A stretch of DNA of 64,000 nt, from assembly GCA_018060845.1 (NCBI GenBank), contig JAGOVG010000001.1:86070-150069 (forward strand). The letters are read 5' to 3'. Below, in pieces: positions 1 to 8,476 of this stretch. The DNA is from Candidatus Woesebacteria bacterium. GTDB lineage: Bacteria; Patescibacteriota; Microgenomatia; UBA1400; UBA12108. Position 1 is the stretch's first letter; each line of letters begins with the position of its first letter. Both the position numbers and the translations under genes were made by a program. The notes beneath the pieces are model-generated. The model was not told the DNA's origin, ran no database searches, and saw only the letters and a program-made list of their open reading frames with translations.

Positions 1-225
1 TAAAACTCTTATCACTGCTCCCTCGCACACTCGTTGCAGAAAAGTGGCTCATGGCGACGGTGCCAATTGTGATTTTTGGGGTTATGCGATACATGCAGCT
101 GATCTACGAAAAGAATGAGGGGGAGAGCCCACATAAAGTGCTCATGAGTGATAAAACCCTACTAGGGACAGTGGCTATATGGGGACTGATGGTCCTACTT
201 ATGATCTACGGAGTATAGAGCTCTA

Positions 226-1140
226 CTATTTGGTGATCGTTGTATATTTGGCTGAGACGTAACCCACGCTACCCTCGAACTCGATTTTGTGCCAGCCAGC
301 GCTCGTGGTTTCACCCAGATACTTTAGGTGTTCACCGATATCGGCTCGCCCCAAACTCTCGGCGCTACTACTAGGCTCTTTGCGGACGTTTAGGCCCCCA
401 GCAGATACAACATCCGCGGAGTCGCTCACGGTCACATAAGGTCTCACTGGCGAGGCTAGAGGAGCGGGTGAGGCGGAACTTGATGGCTTGGGAGTGGCGA
501 GAGCTGCCTTCGTACTGGCTGCAGGAGTAGCAATCGTTGGCTCTGTAGGAGCCGCAGAGACCTCCTGCGTTGGCGTAAGATTAACTGGTTCGCTCTTTAG
601 TTTGACGCTAACAACTAGGTTAAAGCCAGTTGTTGCAACGATCGGGATTTTTTGCTCGGCAAAACCGGGTGTGCCAACGATTATTTCATGGTTACCCGGA
701 CTTACCTCACGCTTACTCAGTGGGGTAAAGCCAGAGGGGACGCCGTCGATCGTTAGACTACTAGTATCAGGATCCGAAACGACCGAGATGGTCGAGAGCC
801 CAGTCTTGTCTGGGACTAAGTTGAGGCTGTAGCCAAAACTGTCGAGGACGGTCTCGCCAAAAGTGCGGGAAAGGACGGTCGAGGCAGAGCTCTCTAGCTC
901 GACTGTTGCCTCATAGGGAGTCAGGGTCGTGTCATCGGGGATCAGCCTGAGCGTATAGGTGCCGGGCGCGATATTTTGGTTTTTGAGGGGAGTTTTGCCT
1001 AGTTCTTTGTCAGATAGGTAGACTGTTGCGGGCGCGCTAGTTGAGATCTCGAGACCAGCTGGCTTTTTGACGAACAGGTTTTTGACTGTACACCCAGACA
1101 GGATCAAGCTAGATATAACGACCATAATTAACTTGAGCAT
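226..1140 (-). CDS. Lipoprotein with PEGA-like domains and C-terminal SH3b domain
   Basis: N-terminal signal peptide with lipobox LSGC. Repeated PEGA-like beta segments (VYLSDKELGKTPL..GTYTLRL). C-terminal SH3b-like segment (GLNVRKEPSSSAESLG...GWHKIEFEGSVGYVSAKY). Confidence 0.55.
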   Translation of the reverse strand: MLKLIMVVISSLILSGCTVKNLFVKKPAGLEISTSAPATVYLSDKELGKTPLKNQNIAPGTYTLRLIPDDTTLTPYEATVELESSASTVLSRTFGETVLDSFGYSLNLVPDKTGLSTISVVSDPDTSSLTIDGVPSGFTPLSKREVSPGNHEIIVGTPGFAEQKIPIVATTGFNLVVSVKLKSEPVNLTPTQEVSAAPTEPTIATPAASTKAALATPKPSSSASPAPLASPVRPYVTVSDSADVVSAGGLNVRKEPSSSAESLGRADIGEHLKYLGETTSAGWHKIEFEGSVGYVSAKYTTITK

Positions 1141-1182
1141 ATGACTCTATGTTACCACGGCTAGGTTAGTGAGCGCGGGTAC

Positions 1183-1211
1183 TTGACAAGCTAACTCCCC
1201 TATTTTATATT
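1183..1211 (+). promoter_or_regulatory. Sigma70-like promoter of the Hsp20 gene
   Basis: TTGACA at 1183-1188, 17-nt spacer, TATATT at 1206-1211, about 60 nt upstream of the ATG at 1273. Confidence 0.4.
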
Positions 1212-1215
1212 AATT

Positions 1216-1242
1216 TTGGCAGTCGTACCATGAGACTGCTAG
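1216..1242 (+). promoter_or_regulatory. CIRCE-like inverted repeat (putative HrcA operator variant) upstream of the Hsp20 gene
   Basis: TTGGCAGTC-N9-GACTGCTAG matches CIRCE TTAGCACTC-N9-GAGTGCTAA at 7/9 plus 7/9 positions, with a perfect GCAGTC/GACTGC dyad. It lies between the promoter and the RBS. Confidence 0.5.
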
Positions 1243-1272
1243 ATTATGACCAACATGGTGGAGGTATAACTT

Positions 1273-1671
1273 ATGACAATAATTCGTTGGGACCCCACAC
1301 GCGCCCTCTTACGCTGGCCAAATGTCTGGGATGATGACGATTTTATGCCAAACTCTGCAGACAACCTAGACGTCTATGAGACAAAAGACGAGGTAGTAGT
1401 TAAAGCGGCTGTAGCTGGGGTAAACCCAGAAAAAGTTGATGTAACCTTTGAAAAAGGGATACTCACGATCACAGGATCTGAGGAGAGTGAGGAAAAAGAA
1501 GATAAGAAGTATTACCGTAAGAGTAGCCGCTCTTACTCATACCGAGTGGCGGTCCCTGGCAATATCGATCTATCGGTCGAGCCAGAAGCAAAAGTAGAGC
1601 ACGGAGTAATTAGTATCAGCTTTAAAAAAGCAGAAGAGGCTAAGCCAAAGAAGATTGCGGTTAAGAAGTAA
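1273..1671 (+). CDS. Hsp20/alpha-crystallin family small heat shock protein
   Basis: 132 aa. Alpha-crystallin domain pattern (DVYETKDEVVVKAAVAGVNPEKVDVTFEKGILTITGSEE...YYRKS..SYSYRVAVP), GGAGG RBS upstream. Confidence 0.85.
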   Translation: MTIIRWDPTRALLRWPNVWDDDDFMPNSADNLDVYETKDEVVVKAAVAGVNPEKVDVTFEKGILTITGSEESEEKEDKKYYRKSSRSYSYRVAVPGNIDLSVEPEAKVEHGVISISFKKAEEAKPKKIAVKK

Positions 1672-1699
1672 AAAGTACTGAGTAACAATTGTAAGACAA

Positions 1700-1721
1700 A
1701 CCCCTGGGAAACCGGGGGTTT
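1700..1721 (+). terminator. Weak intrinsic terminator hairpin after the Hsp20 gene
   Basis: ACCCCTGG-GAAA-CCGGGGGT stem-loop followed by only a short TTT, so the call is weak. Confidence 0.3.
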
Positions 1722-1741
1722 GCTGTATAATGAAAAACGTT

Positions 1742-1814
1742 GGCCCAGTGGCGAAGTGGAAACGCGGCTGTCTGCAAAACAGCTACTGCACCAGTCCGAT
1801 TCTGGTCTGGGCCT
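1742..1814 (+). tRNA. tRNA-Cys (anticodon GCA)
   Basis: 7-bp acceptor stem GGCCCAG/CTGGGCC. Anticodon stem GCTGT/ACAGC with loop CTGCAAA (GCA). D-loop contains GG and the T-arm is ACCAG/CTGGT. A TATAAT lies about 10 nt upstream. The T-loop TCCGATT is slightly non-canonical. Confidence 0.7.
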
Positions 1815-1858
1815 CAGACAATATTGACTTCGGGTTTGTTTAGGATAATACTTAATTT

Positions 1859-2593
1859 GTGAAGAGAGATACTAGGGGTGGTTATAACAGAAAGAGTATA
1901 AACGAAAATTTCTTTAAGACATGGACGCCCTCCATGGCATATGTGCTTGGTTTTATGTATGCGGATGGGACAATAGTTGATTCTTATAAATCTAGTAGAG
2001 CGTACTATATTAGTTTTTCTAGTAATGACTTTCAGATTTTGAGTGATATCAAGGAAGTATTAAGGTCTAAACATATAATTTATACTGTTGCACCCAGAAT
2101 CTTGTCTCACAAAAATACTAGATATATTTCCAAGACAGGATATGTACTCAGATTAGGTAACAGAACCATGTATGAGGATTTGATTAAACTTGGACTAAGT
2201 CATAGAAAATCGCTAGTAATGTCACTCCCATCGATGCCAGATACATATTTTTCTTACTATTTGAGAGGATACTTTGATGGAGACGGATGTATAAGCATTA
2301 CAAAGGTAACATCGACAAGTAACAGGATTAGAGTTGTGTTTACCAGTGGTAGTACAGTTTTCCTATCACAGTTGGCTACGAGCATCTGTAGGCTGATCGA
2401 CGTTCCACTGCCTCACTATTATAAAAGTGTAGGTGCTTTTAACTTAGTACTCAGCGGAAATGCAGCTATAAAAGTCTTGGACTATTTATATAACAATATT
2501 GAACTGTCGCCTTCTTTGAAAAGAAAGAGGAAAATTTACTGTGACTTTTTAGAAAATAGTTCTAAATTTAATAAATTGCCAGTCATTACCTAG
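1859..2593 (+). CDS. LAGLIDADG-family homing endonuclease (free-standing, two-motif)
   Basis: Two LAGLIDADG motifs (YVLGFMYADGT and YLRGYFDGDGCI) at the spacing expected for a single-chain enzyme. The gene is markedly AT-rich relative to its neighbours. The GTG start is uncertain, and the ATG at 1935 is an alternative. Confidence 0.8.
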   Translation: MKRDTRGGYNRKSINENFFKTWTPSMAYVLGFMYADGTIVDSYKSSRAYYISFSSNDFQILSDIKEVLRSKHIIYTVAPRILSHKNTRYISKTGYVLRLGNRTMYEDLIKLGLSHRKSLVMSLPSMPDTYFSYYLRGYFDGDGCISITKVTSTSNRIRVVFTSGSTVFLSQLATSICRLIDVPLPHYYKSVGAFNLVLSGNAAIKVLDYLYNNIELSPSLKRKRKIYCDFLENSSKFNKLPVIT

Positions 2594-2594
2594 T

Positions 2595-3668
2595 TTAAGC
2601 ATTAGCAATATCTATCACTGTTTCGACCAGGCGATTGCTGTAACCCCATTCATTGTCATACCAGGCAAAAACTTTGACCAAATCCCCTCCGATTACCTGA
2701 GTTAAGTCGAGATCGACTATTGCCGACTCACTCCTACCGACTATGTCGGATGAGACGAGCGGCTCATCGGTAACTGCCAGGATGTTGTGAAATCTATCCT
2801 CGAGTGTAGCCTGGCGGAGAATGTTGTTTACCTCTTCTTTTGTAGTAGTCCTTTTGACGACAAACGTAAAGTCTGTGAGGGAGCCTGTGATAGTTGGCAC
2901 CCTGATGGAGACCCCATCAAAGAGACCTTTTAGCTCTGGAATAGTCTCGGTGGTTGCGATCGCAGCCCCAGTACTGGTGGGTACCATGTTCTGGGCAGCT
3001 GCTCTGGCACGGCGAAGATCCTTGTGAGAGGCATCCTGGAGGTTTTGGTCGTCGGTGTAGCTATGGATAGTGGTCATGGCCGCTTTGGCTATCCCGAGTC
3101 TATCCTGAAGAACCCAGGCTACCGGGGCCACACAGTTGGTGGTGCAGCTGGCATTATTGAGAACGCTGATAGTATTTTTACGATCAGCTTCGACTATCTC
3201 TGCCTCGTTGACGCCGATTACACTGGTCGGGACACCGCCTCCTTTGGCTGGAGCGGAGAGGACTACCTGCTTGGCACCGCCTGCCAGGTGCAGGCTCGCC
3301 TTTTCTTGAGAGGTAAATGCCCCTGTACTCTCGATTACCACTTCGACATTGTATTTACCCCAAGGGATCTTGGCAGGATCACGCTGCGCAAACACAGGGA
3401 TTTTGTGAGTACCACCGAGTATAAGGTGGCCAATGAGCGGATCCTCGTCACTCGCTTCTTTTGATGATTGATATTTTTCGTATGCGATCTCGCCATCAAA
3501 ACGACCGTAGGTAGTGTCATATTTGAGGAGGTGGGCCCAGCCTTCGATATCCATAGATCCAGAGGTATTGATTGCGGCTAGCTGGATGTCGCTCCGGTGT
3601 TTTTGCCACCAAACCCTGGCAGCTAAGCGACCTATACGGCCAAAGCCATTGATTGAGAATGATTTCAT
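2595..3668 (-). CDS. gap: Glyceraldehyde-3-phosphate dehydrogenase
   Basis: NGFGRIGR NAD-binding motif and active-site SCTTNCVAPV, full length at 357 aa. Confidence 0.92.
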   Translation of the reverse strand: MKSFSINGFGRIGRLAARVWWQKHRSDIQLAAINTSGSMDIEGWAHLLKYDTTYGRFDGEIAYEKYQSSKEASDEDPLIGHLILGGTHKIPVFAQRDPAKIPWGKYNVEVVIESTGAFTSQEKASLHLAGGAKQVVLSAPAKGGGVPTSVIGVNEAEIVEADRKNTISVLNNASCTTNCVAPVAWVLQDRLGIAKAAMTTIHSYTDDQNLQDASHKDLRRARAAAQNMVPTSTGAAIATTETIPELKGLFDGVSIRVPTITGSLTDFTFVVKRTTTKEEVNNILRQATLEDRFHNILAVTDEPLVSSDIVGRSESAIVDLDLTQVIGGDLVKVFAWYDNEWGYSNRLVETVIDIANA

Positions 3669-3854
3669 TCATTCAGTATAGCTGTAAAGTCGAAAATCCG
3701 TAAATCGGTATATTTTGATATACTTTGATATATATTCCTAATCACCTCTGGTATTTACTACCCTCACATCTGGTGTATTATCCTATAATTAGTTGACAAA
3801 TGGGGACTTTTTGGTACGATGTGTCACTTAAGCGAGGTTAATTAGCCTCGGTAT

Positions 3855-4421
3855 ATGAAAAAACATTGGTCAAGCAAAAATTTGTTAGACTGGCATCGAT
3901 TCCGACGTTTGGTTGGAATGCAGTTTGCTAGTCTCGCCTTAGCTGTATCTGTAGTCTCATACCCTACCCATGCCTTTGACTACCACTTTAGTTCTGGCGT
4001 AGAAATCATGGGTGAGTCAGAAGAGGTGGTTACTACTAGTACCTATAGCACCTTTGAGTTCCCCCTAGAGTCGACGCTCGGCATGTCACAGAGCTACCAC
4101 GGCCTACACCCAGGTGTTGACCTACGGGCCAACCGCGGCACTGGCGTCCTAGCCATGGCTGAGGGGACAGTAACGCAAGTAGAGAAGATCTGGGGCGGCT
4201 ACGGCCACTACATCCGTATTGCCCACAAAGGAACGCTATCGAGCCTTTATGCCCATTTAGACGAGGTGTATGTGGTGCCAGGCCAAAAAGTGGCTGGTGG
4301 AGAGAAGGTAGGTACTGTTGGGATGACTGGCTGGACTACTGGGCCTCACTTGCATCTTGAGGTGACACAGGGTGAGCGCGCGGTTAACCCGCTAAGTTAT
4401 TTTTCGATAAACGAAAAATAA
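3855..4421 (+). CDS. M23 family metallopeptidase (secreted)
   Basis: Signal/TM segment, then HPGVDL...GYGHYIRIAH...GPHLHLEV, the LytM/M23 zinc-binding motifs. Confidence 0.8.
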   Translation: MKKHWSSKNLLDWHRFRRLVGMQFASLALAVSVVSYPTHAFDYHFSSGVEIMGESEEVVTTSTYSTFEFPLESTLGMSQSYHGLHPGVDLRANRGTGVLAMAEGTVTQVEKIWGGYGHYIRIAHKGTLSSLYAHLDEVYVVPGQKVAGGEKVGTVGMTGWTTGPHLHLEVTQGERAVNPLSYFSINEK

Positions 4422-4460
4422 GTCGAAAGTAGCAAGTACCAAGTTATCAAGTTGAGAACA

Positions 4461-5177
4461 TTACTTTACTATCGTGCCGATTTTGGCGCCCTCGACTGCC
4501 ATCTTGGCGTTACCCTTTTGGAAGAAGTCAAAGACCATGATCGGGAGTTTGTTGTCCATACAGAGGGCAAAAGCTGATGTATCCATAACCTCGATCCTGT
4601 TTTTGAGGGCATCCATAAAGCTTAGCTCCTCATATTTGACTGCATCTGGATATTTGACAGGGTCTCGGTCGTAAATACCATCGACCTTGGTGGCCTTCAT
4701 GATGACGTCACAACCTAGTTCTAGACCGCGTAGAGCGGCTCCTGTGTCAGTAGTAAAGTAAGGTGCGCCTGTGCCGGCCGCGAGGATTAATACCCTCCCC
4801 TTGTCCATATGGCGGATCGCACGACGTCTGATGTAGGGCTCGGCAACAGCGGGCATCTCCAGACCTGATTGTACTCTGGTGTCTACCCCTATCTTCTCGA
4901 GAGCGTCCTGGATGGCCAGACTGTTCATGACAGTGGCCAACATACCCATGTAGTCGGCAGTGGATCTCTCGATGCCGTTGGCGGCCCCAGCGATGCCGCG
5001 GAAGATGTTGCCTGCGCCTATTACGACAATTACCTGGCTACCGGTCTCATGGACGCTCTTAATCTCTTCGGCTACGGCTGTTGCTGCCTTGGGATCGATC
5101 CCGTACTCCCGATCGCCAAGTAGGCTCTCGCCGCCGAGTTTGAGAAGGACGCGTTTAAAATGAGGTTGTTTGGTCAT
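4461..5177 (-). CDS. pyrH: UMP kinase
   Basis: [22 protein letters not shown] and the conserved amino-acid kinase fold. Start chosen at MTKQ (5177), which has a GGAGA RBS. The longer ORF extends to 5204. Confidence 0.88.
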   Translation of the reverse strand: MTKQPHFKRVLLKLGGESLLGDREYGIDPKAATAVAEEIKSVHETGSQVIVVIGAGNIFRGIAGAANGIERSTADYMGMLATVMNSLAIQDALEKIGVDTRVQSGLEMPAVAEPYIRRRAIRHMDKGRVLILAAGTGAPYFTTDTGAALRGLELGCDVIMKATKVDGIYDRDPVKYPDAVKYEELSFMDALKNRIEVMDTSAFALCMDNKLPIMVFDFFQKGNAKMAVEGAKIGTIVK

Positions 5178-5229
5178 AAAATATTCTCCAATTATTGATA
5201 CCAATGATTAGGATAACACAGTTGCTCTA

Positions 5230-5565
5230 CTATTTAATTATGAATCTATCTATAGAGATCATTGAGTAAGGATCGGCGGAATGCCAGCTCGAAAATACAG
5301 ACGCAGTATCTATGCCAGAATCACCAGTCACCACATACTTGCCTTGACTGTAATCAAAGGTAATAGTTATGCCATCCACTGACAGTGGAAGTTCAGAGTT
5401 TAGTTTTTCCATTGCACTGAGTTCTGTGTAATACTCTGGCGGAGCTATATCTAGTCTATTGCCTCCTGTTTGCTTGGGTTCTGCATTACGAATCGCCTGG
5501 TAAGATGCTATGAATGTAGTAACTAGAACTGTGACTATGACAGTAATCACTAATAATTTTTTCAT
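5230..5565 (-). CDS. Small membrane-anchored hypothetical protein
   Basis: N-terminal TM helix (LLVITVIVTVLVTTFIA). Start taken at MKKLL to avoid overlap with the upstream giant gene. Confidence 0.4.
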   Translation of the reverse strand: MKKLLVITVIVTVLVTTFIASYQAIRNAEPKQTGGNRLDIAPPEYYTELSAMEKLNSELPLSVDGITITFDYSQGKYVVTGDSGIDTASVFSSWHSADPYSMISIDRFIIK

Positions 5566-8072
5566 ATAGCCTCCGCTGGTGGGATTACTGCGTTGACCAC
5601 CCATTTAGTTCGACCACCATCACAAGTATTAGAGCAGTCTACGTCAAAACGCTCTACTGGCATTTCGTAGTTTTCGCCATAATAGGGGTCATTAAGTATT
5701 ATGCATGAGCCATCAGGACATGTCCCCACAGCTAAGGTTTGATGACCAAAACCTTTATCCCCATTTGGCTGATCGATATTGGAGTTTATCCAGACAGGTA
5801 TCCCATACTTACTGTATTCGTTGATCTGGGATACTATATTAACCACTGAGCCAGCAACAGGTACTACGTCAAAACCTTGATTTTCAAGTATTGGCTTGTG
5901 CTGTTCAAACCAGCTAGTACCTCCGGCTGATACACCACCATTTTCTTCGAGCAGGGCATTATAATCCTCAGGAGTGATGCTCGGATCTACCAATGACATG
6001 ACCATCGCTCCAGACATGATGCCACAGCCAACATCACCCCAATTTGAGCCATCAGGATTGGTAACTCCAGAGTAGTTCTTTTGATTAAAGTATGAAATAT
6101 TTCCATGTGTTGAAGTAACATTACTTTCCACAATATTATTAGCATCTGCACTTAAATTAAAGCCGCCGGTGTTGCCGGCGGTTTTTGTTGCGTTTACATT
6201 ATTTATTTGGCTAGGCCCCGTGTCATTTATCTGCGCAGGAGACTGTGTGTCCGTACCAAATGACTGCGGTTCATCTGGGGTAAATAGGTCATTTACACCA
6301 CCTATAATTGCGCCTAACACCGCACATGGATAAATAAACGGCCCACACGTAGTAGCTCCACCCATGATGCCAGAAGTAAAGCTCTTGGGTAATGTTGGGC
6401 GATCAATGTCCAAGTAAGTTGGTGCATCTTTTGCCTCTTTGCCTATCACAAAATCTGCACCTGCAATTGATATGTTAAAACCAGTATATAGATTATCCCA
6501 GTCCTCTGCTTCACTTTTTACCTTGAAAGGACTAAAGTTGATTATTGGTAAAAATCTATTCTCTTGTGATCCGATGGTCAGAACATCCCTCCCAGCTAAT
6601 GAGAAAGAGAAGCCTGAGTATATTTTGTCATTTAATGTATTGTAGGTTTTTGCTCTATTCATCGCACTTTTTCTGTCTTCTGTTCCTGATCCTTTCTGAT
6701 CTGAGGCAGTTAATCCACCACTCGCCTGGCCAAACTCGAAGGAAGTGGGGCTAAGTATCTCTTGGTTACGCTCAAATACATTTAGCTGTTCTGCGACGTA
6801 TGTCTCTTTATCTATCCATTTACCATCGTTACAGACACCGATCTCTTCTCTGGCATTACCAGAGGGAACTGTCTCGCCATTTGCTATACATGTAGCTAGT
6901 ACTTTGGGAGTTTCTCTAGGGCTAACTTCGCTAGATGGCTTGCCTACTGTATATTCGGCACCTGCGCCTGTTGGCAATATAACCTGAGCGGGATTTTCCA
7001 TATATACTTCGTGACAAGGCCTAGAATTGATGTGACCACACTTGGCATCTAACTGAACACATTGTCGTTGATTTCCATCACCTCCCATATTAAATCCAGT
7101 AGCTACATAGGTCCCAGATGAAACAGTTACGTTACCTGCTTTGCACTTATTAGTCTGCTCAGTCTGGCGTGCTGGGATATAGGAATTGGGATTGGTTGGA
7201 TTGGATGGATTAGTAGCACTAGTATTTGATGGTGTAGTCACAGTAGCACCTCTGCCAGTATTAAGAACTACTTTGCCACCACGTGTTAATGAGGTCTCAT
7301 CAACATACTCTCCATTCTCAGATTTGGTTCTCTTGAGCGTCGCTGTAGTGTCATCGACTGTTGTGCCTTTATCGTCTTTTACTACAATTTGTCTGGTTTG
7401 ATTGATGTTGCCTGTTTTTACTTCTTCTTTTGTGGATACTGTGGTAGTAGTCTCACCACCTAGCGCGTTGCGAGCTGTGGTGATGTTTTTGCTTACTTTG
7501 TTTCCCTCTTTGTCTTCACCATCGTATCCTGCTCCAGCAAATGCGTCTTTGAAAGGATTGTCATCTACGGGTTTAACTACGCAATCATCTGTCATACATC
7601 TACCAGGCTTTTCTGCTGTTGCATTTTCTGCCTTAGGAGCTACGCCAAGAGATTGCTTTTCCTCTGGCTTTTTAATAAATCCTGTAATTATTTCGACAAA
7701 ACCAGGTTTTTCTGTCGCTTTGGTTCCACCGTTTAGACTTGCCCCTTCGAATGGGTTAGATTTTTGAGTTGTAGTAGTTCCTCTCTCAGGAACGGTATTG
7801 GTAGCTGGTTTGACCGTGTCTTTTAAAGTAGTTTTTGTTGTTGTTAGACTAGAAGAGTCAACTTGCGTTCCAGCTTTTGAGCCAACTATACCTGCGCCGT
7901 TTAAAGTTCGGATTTGATTAACGGAAGGTGTAGCAGGAGTTACATAAAAATATATTAAATTGATCGCAACGACTAGTAATGCTAAACCTATTAGGATATT
8001 TTTTTTAGAAGAAATGTTGTTGCTTCGTAATACTTTTATGTTGTTTACTTTTTGTTTGGCTTTTTGCTTCAT
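5562..8072 (-). CDS. Giant membrane-anchored Thr-rich/Cys-rich surface protein with C-terminal papain/C39-like cysteine peptidase domain
   Basis: 836 aa. N-terminal signal-anchor helix and a Thr/Ser-rich low-complexity region with FxGAxLNGG motifs. A Cys-rich middle. C-terminus has GCGIMSGAMVMSL (catalytic Cys context) and GFGHQTLAVG...LNDPYYG (His/Asp), like Peptidase_C39-like domains. Confidence 0.6.
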   Translation of the reverse strand: MKQKAKQKVNNIKVLRSNNISSKKNILIGLALLVVAINLIYFYVTPATPSVNQIRTLNGAGIVGSKAGTQVDSSSLTTTKTTLKDTVKPATNTVPERGTTTTQKSNPFEGASLNGGTKATEKPGFVEIITGFIKKPEEKQSLGVAPKAENATAEKPGRCMTDDCVVKPVDDNPFKDAFAGAGYDGEDKEGNKVSKNITTARNALGGETTTTVSTKEEVKTGNINQTRQIVVKDDKGTTVDDTTATLKRTKSENGEYVDETSLTRGGKVVLNTGRGATVTTPSNTSATNPSNPTNPNSYIPARQTEQTNKCKAGNVTVSSGTYVATGFNMGGDGNQRQCVQLDAKCGHINSRPCHEVYMENPAQVILPTGAGAEYTVGKPSSEVSPRETPKVLATCIANGETVPSGNAREEIGVCNDGKWIDKETYVAEQLNVFERNQEILSPTSFEFGQASGGLTASDQKGSGTEDRKSAMNRAKTYNTLNDKIYSGFSFSLAGRDVLTIGSQENRFLPIINFSPFKVKSEAEDWDNLYTGFNISIAGADFVIGKEAKDAPTYLDIDRPTLPKSFTSGIMGGATTCGPFIYPCAVLGAIIGGVNDLFTPDEPQSFGTDTQSPAQINDTGPSQINNVNATKTAGNTGGFNLSADANNIVESNVTSTHGNISYFNQKNYSGVTNPDGSNWGDVGCGIMSGAMVMSLVDPSITPEDYNALLEENGGVSAGGTSWFEQHKPILENQGFDVVPVAGSVVNIVSQINEYSKYGIPVWINSNIDQPNGDKGFGHQTLAVGTCPDGSCIILNDPYYGENYEMPVERFDVDCSNTCDGGRTKWVVNAVIPPAEAI

Positions 8073-8074
8073 AC

Positions 8075-8461
8075 TTATGATTGCTTAATAGTAGTTAATA
8101 TAATCAATCCACTAAAACTGTCGTTGGGTAGGGGTACTACCGAGCCAGTGATCGTAACTTCTTGATCTACCAAATCTTTGTTAAATAACTTGCTGGAGCT
8201 ATCGACTACTAGTATCCGACCATCAGTGAGCACTAGCTGATATGACATTGAGGGGTCTATAGATGGATCAAATCTAAGTACACCCTGAAGAGTGGCATCG
8301 CCTAGCACAACACTCTCTCCTACCTCGAAAATGTCAACAGGCTTTGGTCTTAGTCCGCGTTCGTAATCGGTATTGACTATTGCGAGTACTAACCATACCA
8401 AGAAGATAGATAAACCTATCACCCACTTCTTTTTATTATCTTTGCGCTTTTTTAAGGTCAT
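8075..8461 (-). CDS. Small membrane-anchored protein (paralog of 10829..11209)
   Basis: 128 aa, N-terminal basic stretch plus TM helix. Shares LxLxxGxILxxxSSxxL...VTITG pattern with the 10829..11209 product. Confidence 0.45.
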   Translation of the reverse strand: MTLKKRKDNKKKWVIGLSIFLVWLVLAIVNTDYERGLRPKPVDIFEVGESVVLGDATLQGVLRFDPSIDPSMSYQLVLTDGRILVVDSSSKLFNKDLVDQEVTITGSVVPLPNDSFSGLIILTTIKQS

Positions 8462-8476
8462 ATATTTATTAGAGCT

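Noticed and set aside
488-832. 114-aa + strand ORF inside the PEGA/SH3b lipoprotein gene
   Set aside because: Antisense to a well-supported gene, low-complexity Ala/Gly/Val composition, no RBS.
3832-3849. Hairpin CGAGG-TTAATTAG-CCTCG just upstream of the M23 peptidase start
   Set aside because: Short 5-bp stem with 8-nt loop overlapping the RBS region. Could be regulatory, but evidence is too weak to call.
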